A stretch of 64,000 nt of DNA from Escherichia coli (GCF_013315695.1 NZ_CP054353.1), one strand, 5' to 3'. Positions 51,160-63,367 are shown, counted from the first letter of the stretch. Made by a program: numbers and translations. Notes: generated from the sequence alone by a model not told the origin.

Positions 51160-51984
51160 TTAGTCCATTAATACTTTGGTACGAATAGAGAGATATAGTT
51201 TTTCTTCTAAAATTAATTCATATTTAAAAGTGGCATACAGATACCGTTCAATTTCATGAATTGCGCGCTGTAAAAGGATGTCCTTTTCAAGAAACTGTTC
51301 ATAGATATCACCAATATCTTTCTGTTTTATTTTTTCATTGCATAACACGCGACTTGAAAAATATTTAAGGTGTATCATGAACCTGGAATAATTAAATGAA
51401 CTTCTGTCCACCTTTCTGTTATAAACAACTTCAATAAGCCCCGTGATTATTTGCGACAACTCAATAATCCGTACTGATTCATAATCAACTGAATTTTCAT
51501 AATTATTTAAAATATGCAATGCTATAAAACCAATCTCATCATCAGGAAGTTGAACGCTGAATTGCTCATTAATGATAGTTAATGCATCGCGACTTATCGC
51601 ATACTCTGCTTTGTACAACGCTTTGATTTCATCAAGGAAAACATTATTAATTTGTATGCCTGAAGCGACTCTGGATATTGCATTCGAAATGTGATCAGCA
51701 AGAATCAATAGTAGCGATGGATTGAGATTTTTTTCGAGATTGTTCTCCGCATATTGCACTATTTTTTCGGCAACAAAAACATACTCAATATCCACATGTT
51801 CAATCAATTTGTAGAGTTTATTTTTTTGTTCATTTCTGACATAAAAAATCCGGTTAGCCGGATGCTCAGGGACCGACATTCCATATTTTTTGTTGTAACC
51901 GACGCCAGGCCCAGAAATGATAACCTCCTGTCCATTCATCGATGCCTGTACACAATTATTGTTCATGACTTTTTCGATGATCAT
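51160..51984 (-). CDS. BglG/LicT-family transcription antiterminator (CAT RNA-binding domain + PRDs)
   Basis: N-terminus MIIEKVMNNNCVQASMNGQEVIISGPGVGY matches the co-antiterminator domain signature; track ORF starts 19 codons upstream (52041) inside the leader terminator, and GGAG precedes the ATG at 51984. Confidence 0.7.
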   Translation of the reverse strand: MIIEKVMNNNCVQASMNGQEVIISGPGVGYNKKYGMSVPEHPANRIFYVRNEQKNKLYKLIEHVDIEYVFVAEKIVQYAENNLEKNLNPSLLLILADHISNAISRVASGIQINNVFLDEIKALYKAEYAISRDALTIINEQFSVQLPDDEIGFIALHILNNYENSVDYESVRIIELSQIITGLIEVVYNRKVDRSSFNYSRFMIHLKYFSSRVLCNEKIKQKDIGDIYEQFLEKDILLQRAIHEIERYLYATFKYELILEEKLYLSIRTKVLMD

Positions 51985-51995
51985 TCCATGGCTCC

Positions 51996-52068
51996 AAAAA
52001 AAAAGGCAAGGCACGTCAGAAGTAATAACTACTTCAAACATTGCCTTGCCTGATTTAACAGTTACAAG
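51996..52068 (-). promoter_or_regulatory. RAT (ribonucleic antiterminator) overlapping a rho-independent terminator in the antiterminator leader
   Basis: Minus strand CTTGTAACTGTTAAATCAGGCAAG resembles the BglG/LicT RAT consensus (GGATTGTTACTG...CAGGCAAAACC); its 3' half forms the 5' arm of hairpin GGCAAGG...CCTTGCC followed by T9. Confidence 0.6.
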
Positions 52069-52241
52069 ATGATTAACTAATGCGTATACATTACACGGAA
52101 TTGTGCTTAATTAAAGAGATGGTCGGCTTATTTTTCAAGCCGACATTCAAATATCCGACATCAGTCACAAAACCAGCGTCTAATATTCAGGTAAATGTTA
52201 TCTATTCAACGAAATATAAATTCATTGAATAAATAAAAACA

Positions 52242-53495
52242 TTATCCCCTTCTCGCCAGCGTCGCCCCATCGGCAAAATACGCTTTAATTCCCGCAAGAA
52301 TAGACTCCGCAACTTCCTGCTGGAAAGTCGCCGTTTTCAGTTTACGCTCTTCCTCAACGTTACTGATAAACGCCGTTTCGACCAGAATGGAGGGAATATC
52401 TGGTGCCTTTAGTACGGCAAACCCGGCCTGTTCAACTTGATTTTTATGCAGCTTGTTGATTTTACCGAGCTTATTCAGCACCGCTTTACCAAACTTCAGG
52501 CTGTCAGCAATGGTCAGCGACTGCACCATATCGAACATGGTGTGGTCGACATAGCGGTCACCGCTTTTGCTTACGCCACCAATCAAGTCCGAGGCGTTCT
52601 GGGTTTGTGCCAGATATTTTGCCGCAGTACTGGTTGCGCCTTTGGTTGAGAGCGCAAACACCGAGGAACCGCTCGGCTGGCGACTGGTAAAGGCGTCGGC
52701 ATGGATAGAGACAAACAAGTCAGCACGCTGTTTCTGGGCTTTTGCTACGCGCACTTGCAACGGAATGAAGATGTCTTCATTGCGCGTCATGTACACCTTC
52801 ATATTGCCCTCTTTCTCGATCAGAGAGCGCAGACGGCGAGCTATTTGCAATACCACGTCTTTTTCGCGTGTTTTGTATTTCCCCACCGCACCGGAGTCTT
52901 CGCCACCGTGGCCAGGGTCAAGCATAATGACAATCGGACGATCCCGCCCAGCTTTACCCGGTTGTGGACCACTTTGTGCTGGCGGCACCTGCTTTTCGAG
53001 GTCGCCTTTGTTGTAATCCTCCAGCAGCGCCAGCAGCGGGTCCTGCATGTCCTGAGCATTGGCAGGATAGAGATCCATCACCAGACGCTCTTTAAACCCG
53101 GCGACCGGAGCAAGGGCAAACAGCTGCGGTTTTACGTTTTGCTTTAACTCAAAAACCATCCGCACGGTTTGCGGGTCAAACTGCCCGACGCGCGCCGACT
53201 TGATGAACGGGTCATCAGCACGAATTTGTGCCGCCATCCCCTTGAGCACTGAGTTCAGGTTTACATCTTCGATATCCACCACCACGCGTTCAGGGTTACT
53301 CAACGCGAACTGCTTATATTTCAGCTGACGATTAGATTCTACCGTCACACGGGTGTAGCTGGACGCAGGCCAGACGCGCACCGCCACGACCTGGCTGACC
53401 GCAGCCAGACTGACCTGACTTACGCTCAATAGCCACATGGCACCCGCGCCTTGCAGTAAACGACGACGGCTGATTGCAGTGTTGGATCCTGACAT
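52242..53495 (-). CDS. amiC: N-acetylmuramoyl-L-alanine amidase AmiC (Tat-exported)
   Basis: Amidase_3 domain; N-terminal twin-arginine signal ([11 protein letters not shown]); track ORF is 5 codons longer, probable start MSGSNTAI. Confidence 0.9.
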
Positions 53496-53654
53496 GCCTC
53501 TCCCGAGCAAAAAAATCTAAGCTGTGTAACAAATAAACGACTAATTTGACCGGAAACTTTAGCGAAAGACGCATAATCTGTCATCTAATAAACGGTAAAC
53601 ATTCTTTTTATATTCACGGCATTACTGATAAAAAAGTTGCTCATGCGTAAAATT

Positions 53655-53700
53655 TGCACTTGCACCCAGTGAAAAAACAGAATAAAAATACAATAATTAC
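53655..53700. promoter_or_regulatory. putative ArgR operator (ARG boxes) upstream of argA
   Basis: AT-rich near-palindromic motifs (gaataaaaatacaat / acgaataatcatgca) resembling the ARG-box consensus directly upstream of argA; not verified. Confidence 0.4.
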
Positions 53701-53724
53701 GAATAATCATGCAAGAGGTGTGCC

Positions 53725-55056
53725 GTGGTAAAGGAACGTAAAACCGAGCTGGTCGAGGGGTTCCGCCATTCGGTTCCTTATATCAATACCCACCGGGGAA
53801 AAACGTTTGTCATCATGCTCGGCGGTGAAGCCATTGAGCATGAGAATTTCTCCAGTATCGTTAATGATATCGGGTTGCTGCACAGCCTCGGCATCCGTCT
53901 GGTCGTGGTCTATGGAGCGCGCCCGCAGATCGATGCAAATCTGGCAGCGCATCACCACGAACCGCTATATCACAAAAATATACGCGTGACCGACGCCAAA
54001 ACACTAGAACTGGTGAAGCAGGCTGCGGGAACATTGCAACTGGATATTACTGCTCGCCTGTCGATGAGTCTCAATAACACGCCGCTGCAGGGCGCGCATA
54101 TCAACGTCGTCAGTGGCAATTTTATTATTGCCCAGCCGCTGGGCGTGGATGACGGTGTGGATTACTGCCATAGCGGGCGTATCCGGCGGATTGACGAAGA
54201 TGCGATTCATCGTCAACTGGACAGCGGTGCGATAGTGCTGCTGGGGCCGGTCGCGGTTTCAGTCACTGGCGAGAGCTTTAATCTGACCTCGGAAGAGATT
54301 GCCACTCAACTGGCCATCAAACTGAAAGCTGAGAAGATGATTGGTTTTTGCTCTTCACAGGGCGTCACTAATGACGACGGTGATATTGTCTCAGAACTTT
54401 TCCCTAACGAAGCGCAAGCGCGGGTAGAAGCCCAGGAAGAGAAAGGCGATTACAACTCCGGTACGGTGCGCTTTTTGCGTGGCGCAGTGAAAGCCTGCCG
54501 CAGCGGCGTGCGTCGCTGTCATTTAATCAGTTATCAGGAAGATGGCGCGCTGTTGCAAGAGTTGTTCTCACGTGACGGTATCGGTACGCAGATTGTGATG
54601 GAAAGCGCCGAGCAAATTCGTCGCGCAACAATCAACGATATTGGCGGCATTCTGGAGTTGATTCGCCCACTGGAGCAGCAAGGTATTCTGGTACGCCGTT
54701 CTCGCGAGCAGCTGGAGATGGAAATCGACAAATTCACCATTATTCAGCGCGATAACACGACTATTGCCTGCGCCGCGCTCTATCCGTTCCCGGAAGAGAA
54801 GATTGGGGAAATGGCCTGTGTGGCAGTTCACCCGGATTACCGCAGCTCATCACGGGGCGAGGTTCTGCTGGAACGCATTGCCGCTCAGGCGAAGCAGAGC
54901 GGCTTAAGCAAATTGTTTGTGCTGACCACGCGCAGTATTCACTGGTTCCAGGAACGTGGATTTACCCCAGTGGATATTGATTTACTGCCCGAGAGCAAAA
55001 AGCAGTTGTACAACTACCAGCGTAAATCCAAAGTTTTGATGGCGGATTTAGGGTAA
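53725..55056 (+). CDS. argA: N-acetylglutamate synthase
   Basis: 443-aa ORF with amino-acid kinase domain plus C-terminal GNAT domain; GTG start. Confidence 0.95.
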   Translation: MVKERKTELVEGFRHSVPYINTHRGKTFVIMLGGEAIEHENFSSIVNDIGLLHSLGIRLVVVYGARPQIDANLAAHHHEPLYHKNIRVTDAKTLELVKQAAGTLQLDITARLSMSLNNTPLQGAHINVVSGNFIIAQPLGVDDGVDYCHSGRIRRIDEDAIHRQLDSGAIVLLGPVAVSVTGESFNLTSEEIATQLAIKLKAEKMIGFCSSQGVTNDDGDIVSELFPNEAQARVEAQEEKGDYNSGTVRFLRGAVKACRSGVRRCHLISYQEDGALLQELFSRDGIGTQIVMESAEQIRRATINDIGGILELIRPLEQQGILVRRSREQLEMEIDKFTIIQRDNTTIACAALYPFPEEKIGEMACVAVHPDYRSSSRGEVLLERIAAQAKQSGLSKLFVLTTRSIHWFQERGFTPVDIDLLPESKKQLYNYQRKSKVLMADLG

Positions 55057-55117
55057 GCGATGAAAATCGCCGGATGCGACATGCGTAACACTCGTGCGTC
55101 GCATCCGGCAATTACGT

Positions 55118-56944
55118 TTATCCCCGTGAACTAAACAACGCCGCCAGACCGCTGCGCCGCTCGGTGCGCGTGGCAATTGCCGCACTTAAAATGCGCTCAT
55201 CGGCATACAGCGACAGACGGCGACGCGCGCGGGTCACCGCAGTGTAAACCAGCTCTCGTGTTACTACTGGCGTGCGTTGGCTCGGTAAAATCAACGCCGC
55301 ATGGTCGAACTCCGATCCCTGCGATTTATGTACCGTCATCGCCCACGTCGTTTCGTGCTCTGGCAAGCGACTCGGTTGCACAGACTTAATATTGCCGTCC
55401 GGCATCGCAAACCAGACGCGCGTCCCCTGCCCGCGATCCAGCGCAATACCGATATCGCCATTAAACAACCCAAGCGCGCTGTCATTACGGGCAATCATCA
55501 CCGGTCGGCCTTCGTACCAACGAGAGTGCGGATTACGATGAATTTTGCGCTTCTGTTGCATAAACTGCTCAATTCGCTCATTCAGTCCAGCCACGCCAAA
55601 CGGCCCTTCCCGCAGGGCGCACAAAAGCTGGTACTCATTGAACGCCTGAATGATTAAATCCGGCTCGGCACGCGCTTGCAGCAGATCCAGATAACGTCCG
55701 TAACCCGAAAGAGCTTCCTCAAGCATCGCAATATAATCTTCGCCGCTCTGTAAAAGCCGTTTTTCGATATCAGTAAAATCCTGCTGAAAAACGGTTTTCA
55801 CTGCCATTTTATCACCACGGTTAATCGCCGCAGCTAACTGACCAATGCCAGAATCGCTGCCGAAACGATAGCTTTTTTGCAGCAGGCAGAGACTGTCGCG
55901 CAAAGATGCCGCTTCTGTGCCAGTTCCTGACGGAATGTGAGTTCCCGTCAGGCGGCTTAGCTGCCCGGCACGCTCGGCGGTAAAGCCGGCATTGGCATAA
56001 GCACAAATATCGCCCAGCACAGCCCCAGCCTCAACCGAGGCCAGTTGATCACGATCGCCGAGAAAGATCACTCGCGCATGATCGGGCAAGGCGTCTATCA
56101 GTCTCGACATCATCGGCAGATCGATCATTGACGCTTCATCTACTACCAGCACATCAAGATGCAGCGGGTTACCGGCATGATGACGTAAACGCTGGCTACC
56201 CGGCTGTGCGCCCAGCAATCGGTGCAAAGTACTGGCATCTTCCGGAATGCGTTTCTTTTGTTCATCGGTCAGCGGTAACTGGCGCAAAGCCTTGCCGAGA
56301 GATTCGGTTAAGCGCGCGGCAGCTTTACCCGTTGGTGCAGCCAGACGGATACGGCAGCGTTCTCCGTCGGCCATTTGAATTAAGGCTGCCAGCAACTTCG
56401 CTACGGTGGTCGTTTTACCGGTGCCAGGACCGCCGGAAATCACCGAAATCCGCCGCGTCAGCGCCACTGCCGCCGCCACTTTTTGCCAGTTAATGTCATC
56501 GCTTACTGGAAAAAGTTTGTCCAGGGTTTGCGCCAGTAGAGCTTCATCAACCTCAATGGCATGATTCACTTCGTTGAAAAAGCGTGCCACTGTGCGCTCG
56601 TTACACCACATGCGATTCAAATAAAGACGATCGCCACAGAGGATCATCGGCGTTGGTTCATCTCCCCGGCTGACCGCTTGTGAAGCCAGCAAGCATTCTT
56701 CCCAATTTTGTAGCTCACCGATTTCACTGACACAGGTCGCCAACAGCGGATGCGATGCCTCGTTATTTTCCAGTCGTGAAAGCGGCAAACAAACGTGTCC
56801 CTCTCCGGCATCATGACTTAACAGTGCCGCCGCGAGGGTGACGGCAGGATGTTCATCTCCCGCCACGGTCAGGGCAAACTGCACGTCCAGCGGGCGTAGC
56901 TGTTTGTGCTCCACAGCTTCCAGTAATTGCTTTTGCAATTTCAT
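55118..56944 (-). CDS. recD: exodeoxyribonuclease V alpha subunit
   Basis: 608-aa SF1 helicase with Walker A (GGPGTGKTT); follows recB with 1-nt overlap. Confidence 0.95.
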   Translation of the reverse strand: MKLQKQLLEAVEHKQLRPLDVQFALTVAGDEHPAVTLAAALLSHDAGEGHVCLPLSRLENNEASHPLLATCVSEIGELQNWEECLLASQAVSRGDEPTPMILCGDRLYLNRMWCNERTVARFFNEVNHAIEVDEALLAQTLDKLFPVSDDINWQKVAAAVALTRRISVISGGPGTGKTTTVAKLLAALIQMADGERCRIRLAAPTGKAAARLTESLGKALRQLPLTDEQKKRIPEDASTLHRLLGAQPGSQRLRHHAGNPLHLDVLVVDEASMIDLPMMSRLIDALPDHARVIFLGDRDQLASVEAGAVLGDICAYANAGFTAERAGQLSRLTGTHIPSGTGTEAASLRDSLCLLQKSYRFGSDSGIGQLAAAINRGDKMAVKTVFQQDFTDIEKRLLQSGEDYIAMLEEALSGYGRYLDLLQARAEPDLIIQAFNEYQLLCALREGPFGVAGLNERIEQFMQQKRKIHRNPHSRWYEGRPVMIARNDSALGLFNGDIGIALDRGQGTRVWFAMPDGNIKSVQPSRLPEHETTWAMTVHKSQGSEFDHAALILPSQRTPVVTRELVYTAVTRARRRLSLYADERILSAAIATRTERRSGLAALFSSRG

Positions 56945-59900
56945 TACGCCTCCTCCAGGGTCATACCGGCAAACATCTCATCCATCAGGTCAATCAACCC
57001 GGCGTTGGGTCGGGTCGCGTAGATCCCTTGTTGCGGATGTTCTTTATCAACGCCACGCAGGAACAGATAAATAACGCCGCCAAAGTGGCGCTCATAGTCA
57101 TAATCAGCAATGCGATGGCGCAGATAACGGTGCAGCGCCAGGGTATAAAGCTGATATTGCAGATCATAGCGGTGTGCCTGCATTGCCGCTGCCATAGCCT
57201 GTTGGGTGTAAGCCGAACTGTCTTCACCCAACCAGTTGGATTTATAGTCGAGCAGGTAATAACGCCCTTCGTGGCGGAATACCAGGTCGATAAAGCCTTT
57301 TAACATGCCGCGTACCTGCATGAACTCCAGCGGCGGGCAGCCAGCGGATAGCGGGTCAAACTGGCGAATTAGTGCATCAAGCTGGCTGGCGATAAGCGGT
57401 TCACTAATCGGCAGGTAAAACTCCATCTCCACCTGTTTATCGCGATCGGAAAGCTGATTCAGGCTAACACCCGTTTCATTGAGAGGTGCCTGGAGGACAG
57501 CCGTGATCCACTCAGTCAACACCGGTTCCCACTGCGGTTCAAAGCCACCGAGCTCCAGTTTTTCCTGTACCCAGTTCGGGTCAACCGGCTGGGTAAAATC
57601 GAGGTCTTCAAACAAACTGTGCAAGAATGTCCCCGGTGACGCACCGCGCGGGAACTGATGCGGTGTTAACGTCGGTTCTTCAACGACGCTGACCACGCCT
57701 GCGGCATCAACATCCAACCGTGGCATCAGATCCTGAGCGATACCGTGACCACGCTGCTGCAAACCGGAGTAGCTGGTGACACGCCAGTTATCGCCGGGCA
57801 ATCGTTGTAGCGTCCTCGCATTCAGTTCTGCAGTTAATGCATCATTAACCTGCCAGGGCTGGTTATCACCAGTTTGTGCCGTTTGCCAGGCAATATCATC
57901 ATCGCATAACGCTTCAATACAGGTGCGAAGCCCTGCCGCATCTTGCGGTTCCCCTTTTTGCAGCAAACGCCCGAGCGCACTTTGGTGGACGTCGGTATCA
58001 CCTTTTTTATCGCCACGACGGCGCACCAGCGGTGCAACGCCGAGACTGCAATGCCAAACCGAACGCGTCAGCGCCACGTAAAGCAAACGCAGATCTTCCG
58101 CCAGACGTTCGGCCTCCGCGAGGTCGACGCTTTCTGGCGCAGCATTAAGATCCAGAACAGCCTCAAACGAGTGGCGATCGTGATAAAACGCCTGATCCTG
58201 GACGCGGAAATTGGTGATAAACGGCAGCCAGACCAATGGATATTCCAGCCCTTTCGATTTGTGGATCGTGACAATCTGCACGAGATGTTTATCACTTTCG
58301 AGACGCATTTGTTGGCTGGAGGCATTACTGTCTGGCTCGAGGATATGTTGCGATAACCAGCGTACCAGCGCATGTTCACTTTCCAGCTGCGTGCCGGCTT
58401 CTTGTAGCAATTCGCTGATATGCAAGATATCGGTAAGACGCCGCTCACCGCCTGCTGTTGCCAGCAAGTTTTCTGCAATGTTACGCGCCGACATCAGCGC
58501 CCGCAGCATCGGCATAACGCCACGTTTGCGCCAGATTTGCCGATAACCATCGAACTCTTCGACTACCGCATCCCACGCATGTTCGTCATTATTCAGCGTT
58601 TCAATATCCAGCGCATTCAGCCCCATCATTGACGTTGCCAGCGCACTGCGCAGGGTGTTCTCACGTTCGGGTGTCATCACCGCCTGCAACAGCCAAAGCA
58701 TCTCCTGTGCTTCCAGAGTTTCAAAAACACTGTCGCGGTTCGAAAGGTAAACGGAAGGGATTTCCAGCAGCGTTAAGGCATCGCGCACCTGAGCGGCCTC
58801 CTGGCGGCTGCGCACCAGCACACTGATGTCCGAAGCACGCACCGGACGCGCGTCGTCGCCGTTCATCAGCAACGCTTCGCCCCGCTGTCCGGCTTGTAGC
58901 CAGTCGCGGATTTGCGCAGCACATACCTGCGCCATGGTACTTTGATAGTCGCCAACGCCGCAGCTTTCGCCTTCCATCAGCCACATTTTCATCGCAGGCT
59001 GCGTTTCACCTTTAAACACAAAACGTAACGCCTGATTTTTCCCGGCTGATTTCACTGGAATAAAAGGAATTTCGCGAAACATGAACGCGTCATCAGTCTG
59101 ACTGAAAAGCTTGTTAACGCTGTTCACCATTCCTGGTGCGGAGCGCCAGTTGGTATCTAAGGTGTAGTGGGCGTGAACTTCGCTACGCGCCTTCATATAA
59201 GTGAAGATATCCGCACCCCGGAATGCATAAATAGCCTGTTTCGGGTCACCAATCAGCAACAATGCGGTTTCCGGCTGATGGTGCCAGATACGGCGAAAAA
59301 TTCGGTACTGCTGGGGGTCGGTATCCTGAAATTCATCGATCATTGCCACCGGGAATCGCGTACGGATCGCCGCTGCCAATACCTCGCCGCTTTCACTACG
59401 CAGCGCGGAATCGAGCCGACTTAACATGTCATCAAAACCCAATTCGCCACGGCGGCGTTTTTCACGCGCTACTGTTTCGCGGATCTCAGCTAATGCGCGA
59501 GTGATCACCAGATCGCGGATCGACAATGGTTCTGCAAGCAGTTGATCGATCGCCTCAAACAGTGGATGTCGCGGGGTTTCCCCCCCGGCTTTCGTGCGAT
59601 CTTCTAAGAAACGCTGAGAGAATTTTTCCAGCGACTCTGGCAACTGATAACTGTTGGTCTCTTCTTCTGCCCAGGCGCTGATCTTGTCGATCCATTTAGC
59701 CTGATTGCTACGGTTAAACTTGCGTCGATCAATACCAGAAGATTCGATCAGCGCATCCAGTTCACCCACCGCATCGCGCCACTGCTGTTTTACCGTATCA
59801 ATACGCGCCACAATTTGCGCGTGGCGGGAAGCCAGCGTTTCATCATCGGGCGGCGGCGCTTTGATAACCGGCGCTTCGCCTTGCAGATAACGATTAATAT

Positions 59901-60486
59901 CGCGCAGTAACGCCTGCGGCCCTTTCCAGGTTTCAAAGACGACCTGGGCAATTTCACGCGGCAGCGGGTAGCAGTGGCGACGCCAGAAATCGGCGCAGGC
60001 CTGGTAACGTAGCAGAGACTCATCTTCAATCAGCTGCTGCTCAAACAGCATGCCGGATTCAAAGGCATTCAGGTTGAGCATGCGCTGGCAAAAGCCGTGA
60101 ATAGTAAAGACTGCCGCTTCATCCATCTGCCGCTCGGCTAACAACAACCACTGCGCGGCTTGCGCTTTATCGTCGATCTCTTCCAGCAGGCGTTTGTACA
60201 GTGGATTGTCGGTGGTTTCACGCAGACAGGCGATGCGCAACTCGTGGATATTGCTACGGATACGACCGCGCAATTCTGCCGTGGCAGCCTCGGTAAAGGT
60301 GACCACCAGCAGTTCTTCAACGGTCAGCGGGCGGGGAAAGGCGGCAGAACCGCCTAGTCCAAGTAACAGGCGCAAATAGAGCGCCGCAATCGTAAAGGTT
60401 TTGCCTGTGCCGGCAGAGGCTTCAATCAGGCGCTCGCCCTGTAAGGGCAAGCGCAAAGGATCTAGTGTCTCGGCGACATCACTCAT
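56944..60486 (-). CDS. recB: exodeoxyribonuclease V beta subunit (helicase/nuclease)
   Basis: UvrD-like helicase ([11 protein letters not shown]) with C-terminal nuclease domain; track ORF starts 3 codons early, probable start [13 protein letters not shown]. Confidence 0.95.
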   Translation of the reverse strand: MSDVAETLDPLRLPLQGERLIEASAGTGKTFTIAALYLRLLLGLGGSAAFPRPLTVEELLVVTFTEAATAELRGRIRSNIHELRIACLRETTDNPLYKRLLEEIDDKAQAAQWLLLAERQMDEAAVFTIHGFCQRMLNLNAFESGMLFEQQLIEDESLLRYQACADFWRRHCYPLPREIAQVVFETWKGPQALLRDINRYLQGEAPVIKAPPPDDETLASRHAQIVARIDTVKQQWRDAVGELDALIESSGIDRRKFNRSNQAKWIDKISAWAEEETNSYQLPESLEKFSQRFLEDRTKAGGETPRHPLFEAIDQLLAEPLSIRDLVITRALAEIRETVAREKRRRGELGFDDMLSRLDSALRSESGEVLAAAIRTRFPVAMIDEFQDTDPQQYRIFRRIWHHQPETALLLIGDPKQAIYAFRGADIFTYMKARSEVHAHYTLDTNWRSAPGMVNSVNKLFSQTDDAFMFREIPFIPVKSAGKNQALRFVFKGETQPAMKMWLMEGESCGVGDYQSTMAQVCAAQIRDWLQAGQRGEALLMNGDDARPVRASDISVLVRSRQEAAQVRDALTLLEIPSVYLSNRDSVFETLEAQEMLWLLQAVMTPERENTLRSALATSMMGLNALDIETLNNDEHAWDAVVEEFDGYRQIWRKRGVMPMLRALMSARNIAENLLATAGGERRLTDILHISELLQEAGTQLESEHALVRWLSQHILEPDSNASSQQMRLESDKHLVQIVTIHKSKGLEYPLVWLPFITNFRVQDQAFYHDRHSFEAVLDLNAAPESVDLAEAERLAEDLRLLYVALTRSVWHCSLGVAPLVRRRGDKKGDTDVHQSALGRLLQKGEPQDAAGLRTCIEALCDDDIAWQTAQTGDNQPWQVNDALTAELNARTLQRLPGDNWRVTSYSGLQQRGHGIAQDLMPRLDVDAAGVVSVVEEPTLTPHQFPRGASPGTFLHSLFEDLDFTQPVDPNWVQEKLELGGFEPQWEPVLTEWITAVLQAPLNETGVSLNQLSDRDKQVEMEFYLPISEPLIASQLDALIRQFDPLSAGCPPLEFMQVRGMLKGFIDLVFRHEGRYYLLDYKSNWLGEDSSAYTQQAMAAAMQAHRYDLQYQLYTLALHRYLRHRIADYDYERHFGGVIYLFLRGVDKEHPQQGIYATRPNAGLIDLMDEMFAGMTLEEA

Positions 60487-63367
60487 TCTTTTCACTCATC
60501 AGGGGCATTGTTTGCTGCAACGCGCTGACGTTCTCCCACACTTTCCAGCCTTCAGGATGCACATATTCGGCTTTCCCGTTCTGGCTGCCGGAAATCTGCG
60601 ACAGAATAGCCATACCTTGCGGCTCGACCACCGCCTGATGGAAGAAATCAGCAAGTTTTTGCGGCGTCAGCAGTTTTATCTGGGCCACGATTTTATCACG
60701 CGAATCGAAGCGCATATTGCCGCGATCGAAATCTTTACTTAACTTCGATGCTTCTTCGCCGAGCGTTTGCGGTGCCTGCAGCATCTGGGTAATTACCGCC
60801 TGCTGGATTTGCGCAAACTCTTCTGGCTTCATCGCCCGCAGTTTCGCTTCTGCGGTCGGGAAAAACGCCTTGTAACGCTCCCACAGATACGATGGCTGTT
60901 TTTCGTTGCTTTGCAGCAGGAAGCCCATGCCCCACTGACGCCCCACGCTCATTGGGAACGCGAACACGGCATAGCCCAACTGTTCTTCGGTACGCAACTG
61001 ATTGTAGAACCACGGCTGTACAATCTGCCCCAGCAGAGAACTATACGCTGAACTGGTGTATTCATCGTAGCCAGTCGGTACAAATACCGCTGCCAGTGCG
61101 GAGTCAGTGCTGTTACCGGCTTTTTCAAAGATGACGGATTGTTTTTTATCGATCAGTACATCTTTGTTACGACACCACTCTGAACCATCAGCGCCCAACT
61201 GTTTTTGCACATCGCGTGCCAGCGTTGTTGCCTGGGCTTCAGTCATGTTGCCGATAACCATAAACTCTGGTCGAGCCCCTGATTTTAAGGCGTCGCGATA
61301 GGTCAGCACCTCTTTCAACGTAATGGAGGGCAAAATTTTGCGCCGTTCATCTCGCGAGAAGTACGGCACTTGCGAGAGCATCTGCGCGGGCATAATCGCC
61401 TGCTCGAACGCTTTGCCCTTTTCTGCGGAATCCATCATCTGGTTATACCAGGACTTCGCCTGCTCAAGCTGATCTTCCGTAGCGGTATAGCTAAAGTAGC
61501 CCTCCAGCAGAGCCTGGAACAGCTGCGGCAGGCGCTGAGTGTAACCATTGGCATTAACCATAAGGCCGTTGTTAGCATTGGTGGAAAAACTTATGCCACC
61601 AACCGACGCCTGGTTGCTTAACTGATCAAGCGCCAGCCCTGCGAGATAATCATTGAGCGCAAACATCACCTGATTGCGGGCGCTGTTCATGGCTTTCGGA
61701 TTACGCAAAATCAGGCTGACATCAGCTTTGGGCTCACTGGCAAAATAACGGCTTGGCGCATACACCACGCGCAGATTCGACTCATCAACAATCAACTCTG
61801 GATGGTCGTATTTCTTCTCTGACTTAATCAGCGAGAAATCGTCAGGAATATAGGGGTTAAGCTCCGGTAAGGAGAGCGCAATATTGGCGGCTTTTTTCTG
61901 CCAGTCCGCGAAAGTTTGTTCGCTGATTTTATCGACTTGATACGGCGCATCGACAAAATAAGCCGTTTTATTGTGCGGCTCTTTCGGGCTGATATACCAG
62001 ATACGCGCATTCTGCGGCGTCATCATCGCCAGACGTTCTTTTACTGCTTTAGCATCGTACCGATCGGCAATATTGACTGCATCCAGTGTATGCTCAACAG
62101 GAACGCGAATCATGGTATCAGCCAGCCATTCGACGTAATCCATATCACGGGTGATTGACGGATAACGGAAGTCGATATCCAGCACATTCGCCAGTTCATC
62201 GAAGTATTGTTTATCGATCCCTTTTTCACGTAACAGATTGAGGTAGCTAAAAATGGCCGCCACAACCTGATCGCGATTCGCCAGACCTTTATCGGTTAAA
62301 GACGCAGAGATCGCTAATACGCCGCTGTTGCCGTTGACGATAGGATCGGAATTGGCGCTAATACCCTCAACTAATCCCTGCTTTTGCAGCCAGTCAGAAA
62401 GTGTACCTGGGCTGCGATTACCAATCAGATAGGTAATCAATTCATCCGTTTTACTACGGAACTTCGCTGAATTGTTATCGATGCGAAACTCAACGCGCAG
62501 AACTTTACGCGGCAACGCCGGGACGTAATGAATGATAATGCCCTTTTGCGCGTCGGTGACTACCGGCACGGTGATTTCCGGTTTTTTGCTCTCTTTGTTC
62601 GGCACGCGACCAAAGGTGTCCGCCGCCATTTTCGCCAACTCCGGCAACGGTTTATTGCTGTAAATAACCGCCTTCATCAGATTGGCGGAATAGTACTTCT
62701 CGTGGAAATCTTTCAGCGCCTGCTGTACCGGATTACCTGGTTTGTCGCTTAAAGTTTCGAGGTTACCACCAGAAAACTTTGAACCGGGGTGTGCCGGGTT
62801 AATGGTTTCTGCGCTGACCTGTGCCATGCGCATCCCGTCACGCGTACGCGCCATGGTTAATTCGGCATTCACTGCATTACGTTCACGTTCGGCGTATTTC
62901 TTGTCGAGCAAGGGTTCTGCAATAGCATCGGCCAGGCGGTCTACCGCACCGGGTAAGGCATCGTTCTCAACTTCCAGATAGAAAGCCGTGCGATACGGTG
63001 CCGTGCTGGCATTGTGACTGCCGCCGTGCATTTTGAGATATTCGGCCAGACTGTCAGCCTGCGGGTACTTTTTCGACCCCATCAGACTCATGTGTTCAAG
63101 GTAATGCGCCAGCCCCTGATACGCCTCGGGATCTTCCAGCGACCCAACGGACACCACCAGCGCCGAGAGCGATTTAACTGCCTGCGGATCAGAAACCAGT
63201 AAGACCACCATACCGTTATCCAGATGTATAGCCTGATACTGGCGGTTATCTTTATCACTTTTACGGATGGTTTCCTGAATCGGCTGCCATCCCGTTTCTG
63301 CCTGACTAAAGGGTGCCCAAAGGGCAACAAACAACAATAATGCTTTGAACCAGATGCTGCGGGGCAT
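60479..63367 (-). CDS. ptrA: protease III (pitrilysin), periplasmic M16 zinc metalloprotease
   Basis: 962-aa ORF with signal peptide and inverted zinc-binding motif HYLEH; located between recC and recB. Confidence 0.95.
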   Translation of the reverse strand: MPRSIWFKALLLFVALWAPFSQAETGWQPIQETIRKSDKDNRQYQAIHLDNGMVVLLVSDPQAVKSLSALVVSVGSLEDPEAYQGLAHYLEHMSLMGSKKYPQADSLAEYLKMHGGSHNASTAPYRTAFYLEVENDALPGAVDRLADAIAEPLLDKKYAERERNAVNAELTMARTRDGMRMAQVSAETINPAHPGSKFSGGNLETLSDKPGNPVQQALKDFHEKYYSANLMKAVIYSNKPLPELAKMAADTFGRVPNKESKKPEITVPVVTDAQKGIIIHYVPALPRKVLRVEFRIDNNSAKFRSKTDELITYLIGNRSPGTLSDWLQKQGLVEGISANSDPIVNGNSGVLAISASLTDKGLANRDQVVAAIFSYLNLLREKGIDKQYFDELANVLDIDFRYPSITRDMDYVEWLADTMIRVPVEHTLDAVNIADRYDAKAVKERLAMMTPQNARIWYISPKEPHNKTAYFVDAPYQVDKISEQTFADWQKKAANIALSLPELNPYIPDDFSLIKSEKKYDHPELIVDESNLRVVYAPSRYFASEPKADVSLILRNPKAMNSARNQVMFALNDYLAGLALDQLSNQASVGGISFSTNANNGLMVNANGYTQRLPQLFQALLEGYFSYTATEDQLEQAKSWYNQMMDSAEKGKAFEQAIMPAQMLSQVPYFSRDERRKILPSITLKEVLTYRDALKSGARPEFMVIGNMTEAQATTLARDVQKQLGADGSEWCRNKDVLIDKKQSVIFEKAGNSTDSALAAVFVPTGYDEYTSSAYSSLLGQIVQPWFYNQLRTEEQLGYAVFAFPMSVGRQWGMGFLLQSNEKQPSYLWERYKAFFPTAEAKLRAMKPEEFAQIQQAVITQMLQAPQTLGEEASKLSKDFDRGNMRFDSRDKIVAQIKLLTPQKLADFFHQAVVEPQGMAILSQISGSQNGKAEYVHPEGWKVWENVSALQQTMPLMSEKNE

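Noticed and set aside
46756-52041. Accessory island as a phage-defence system
   Set aside because: All five products are metabolic or transport/regulatory types (PTS, PLP lyase, SIS isomerase, dehydrogenase, antiterminator); no nuclease, helicase, ATPase, methyltransferase or effector-like protein is present.
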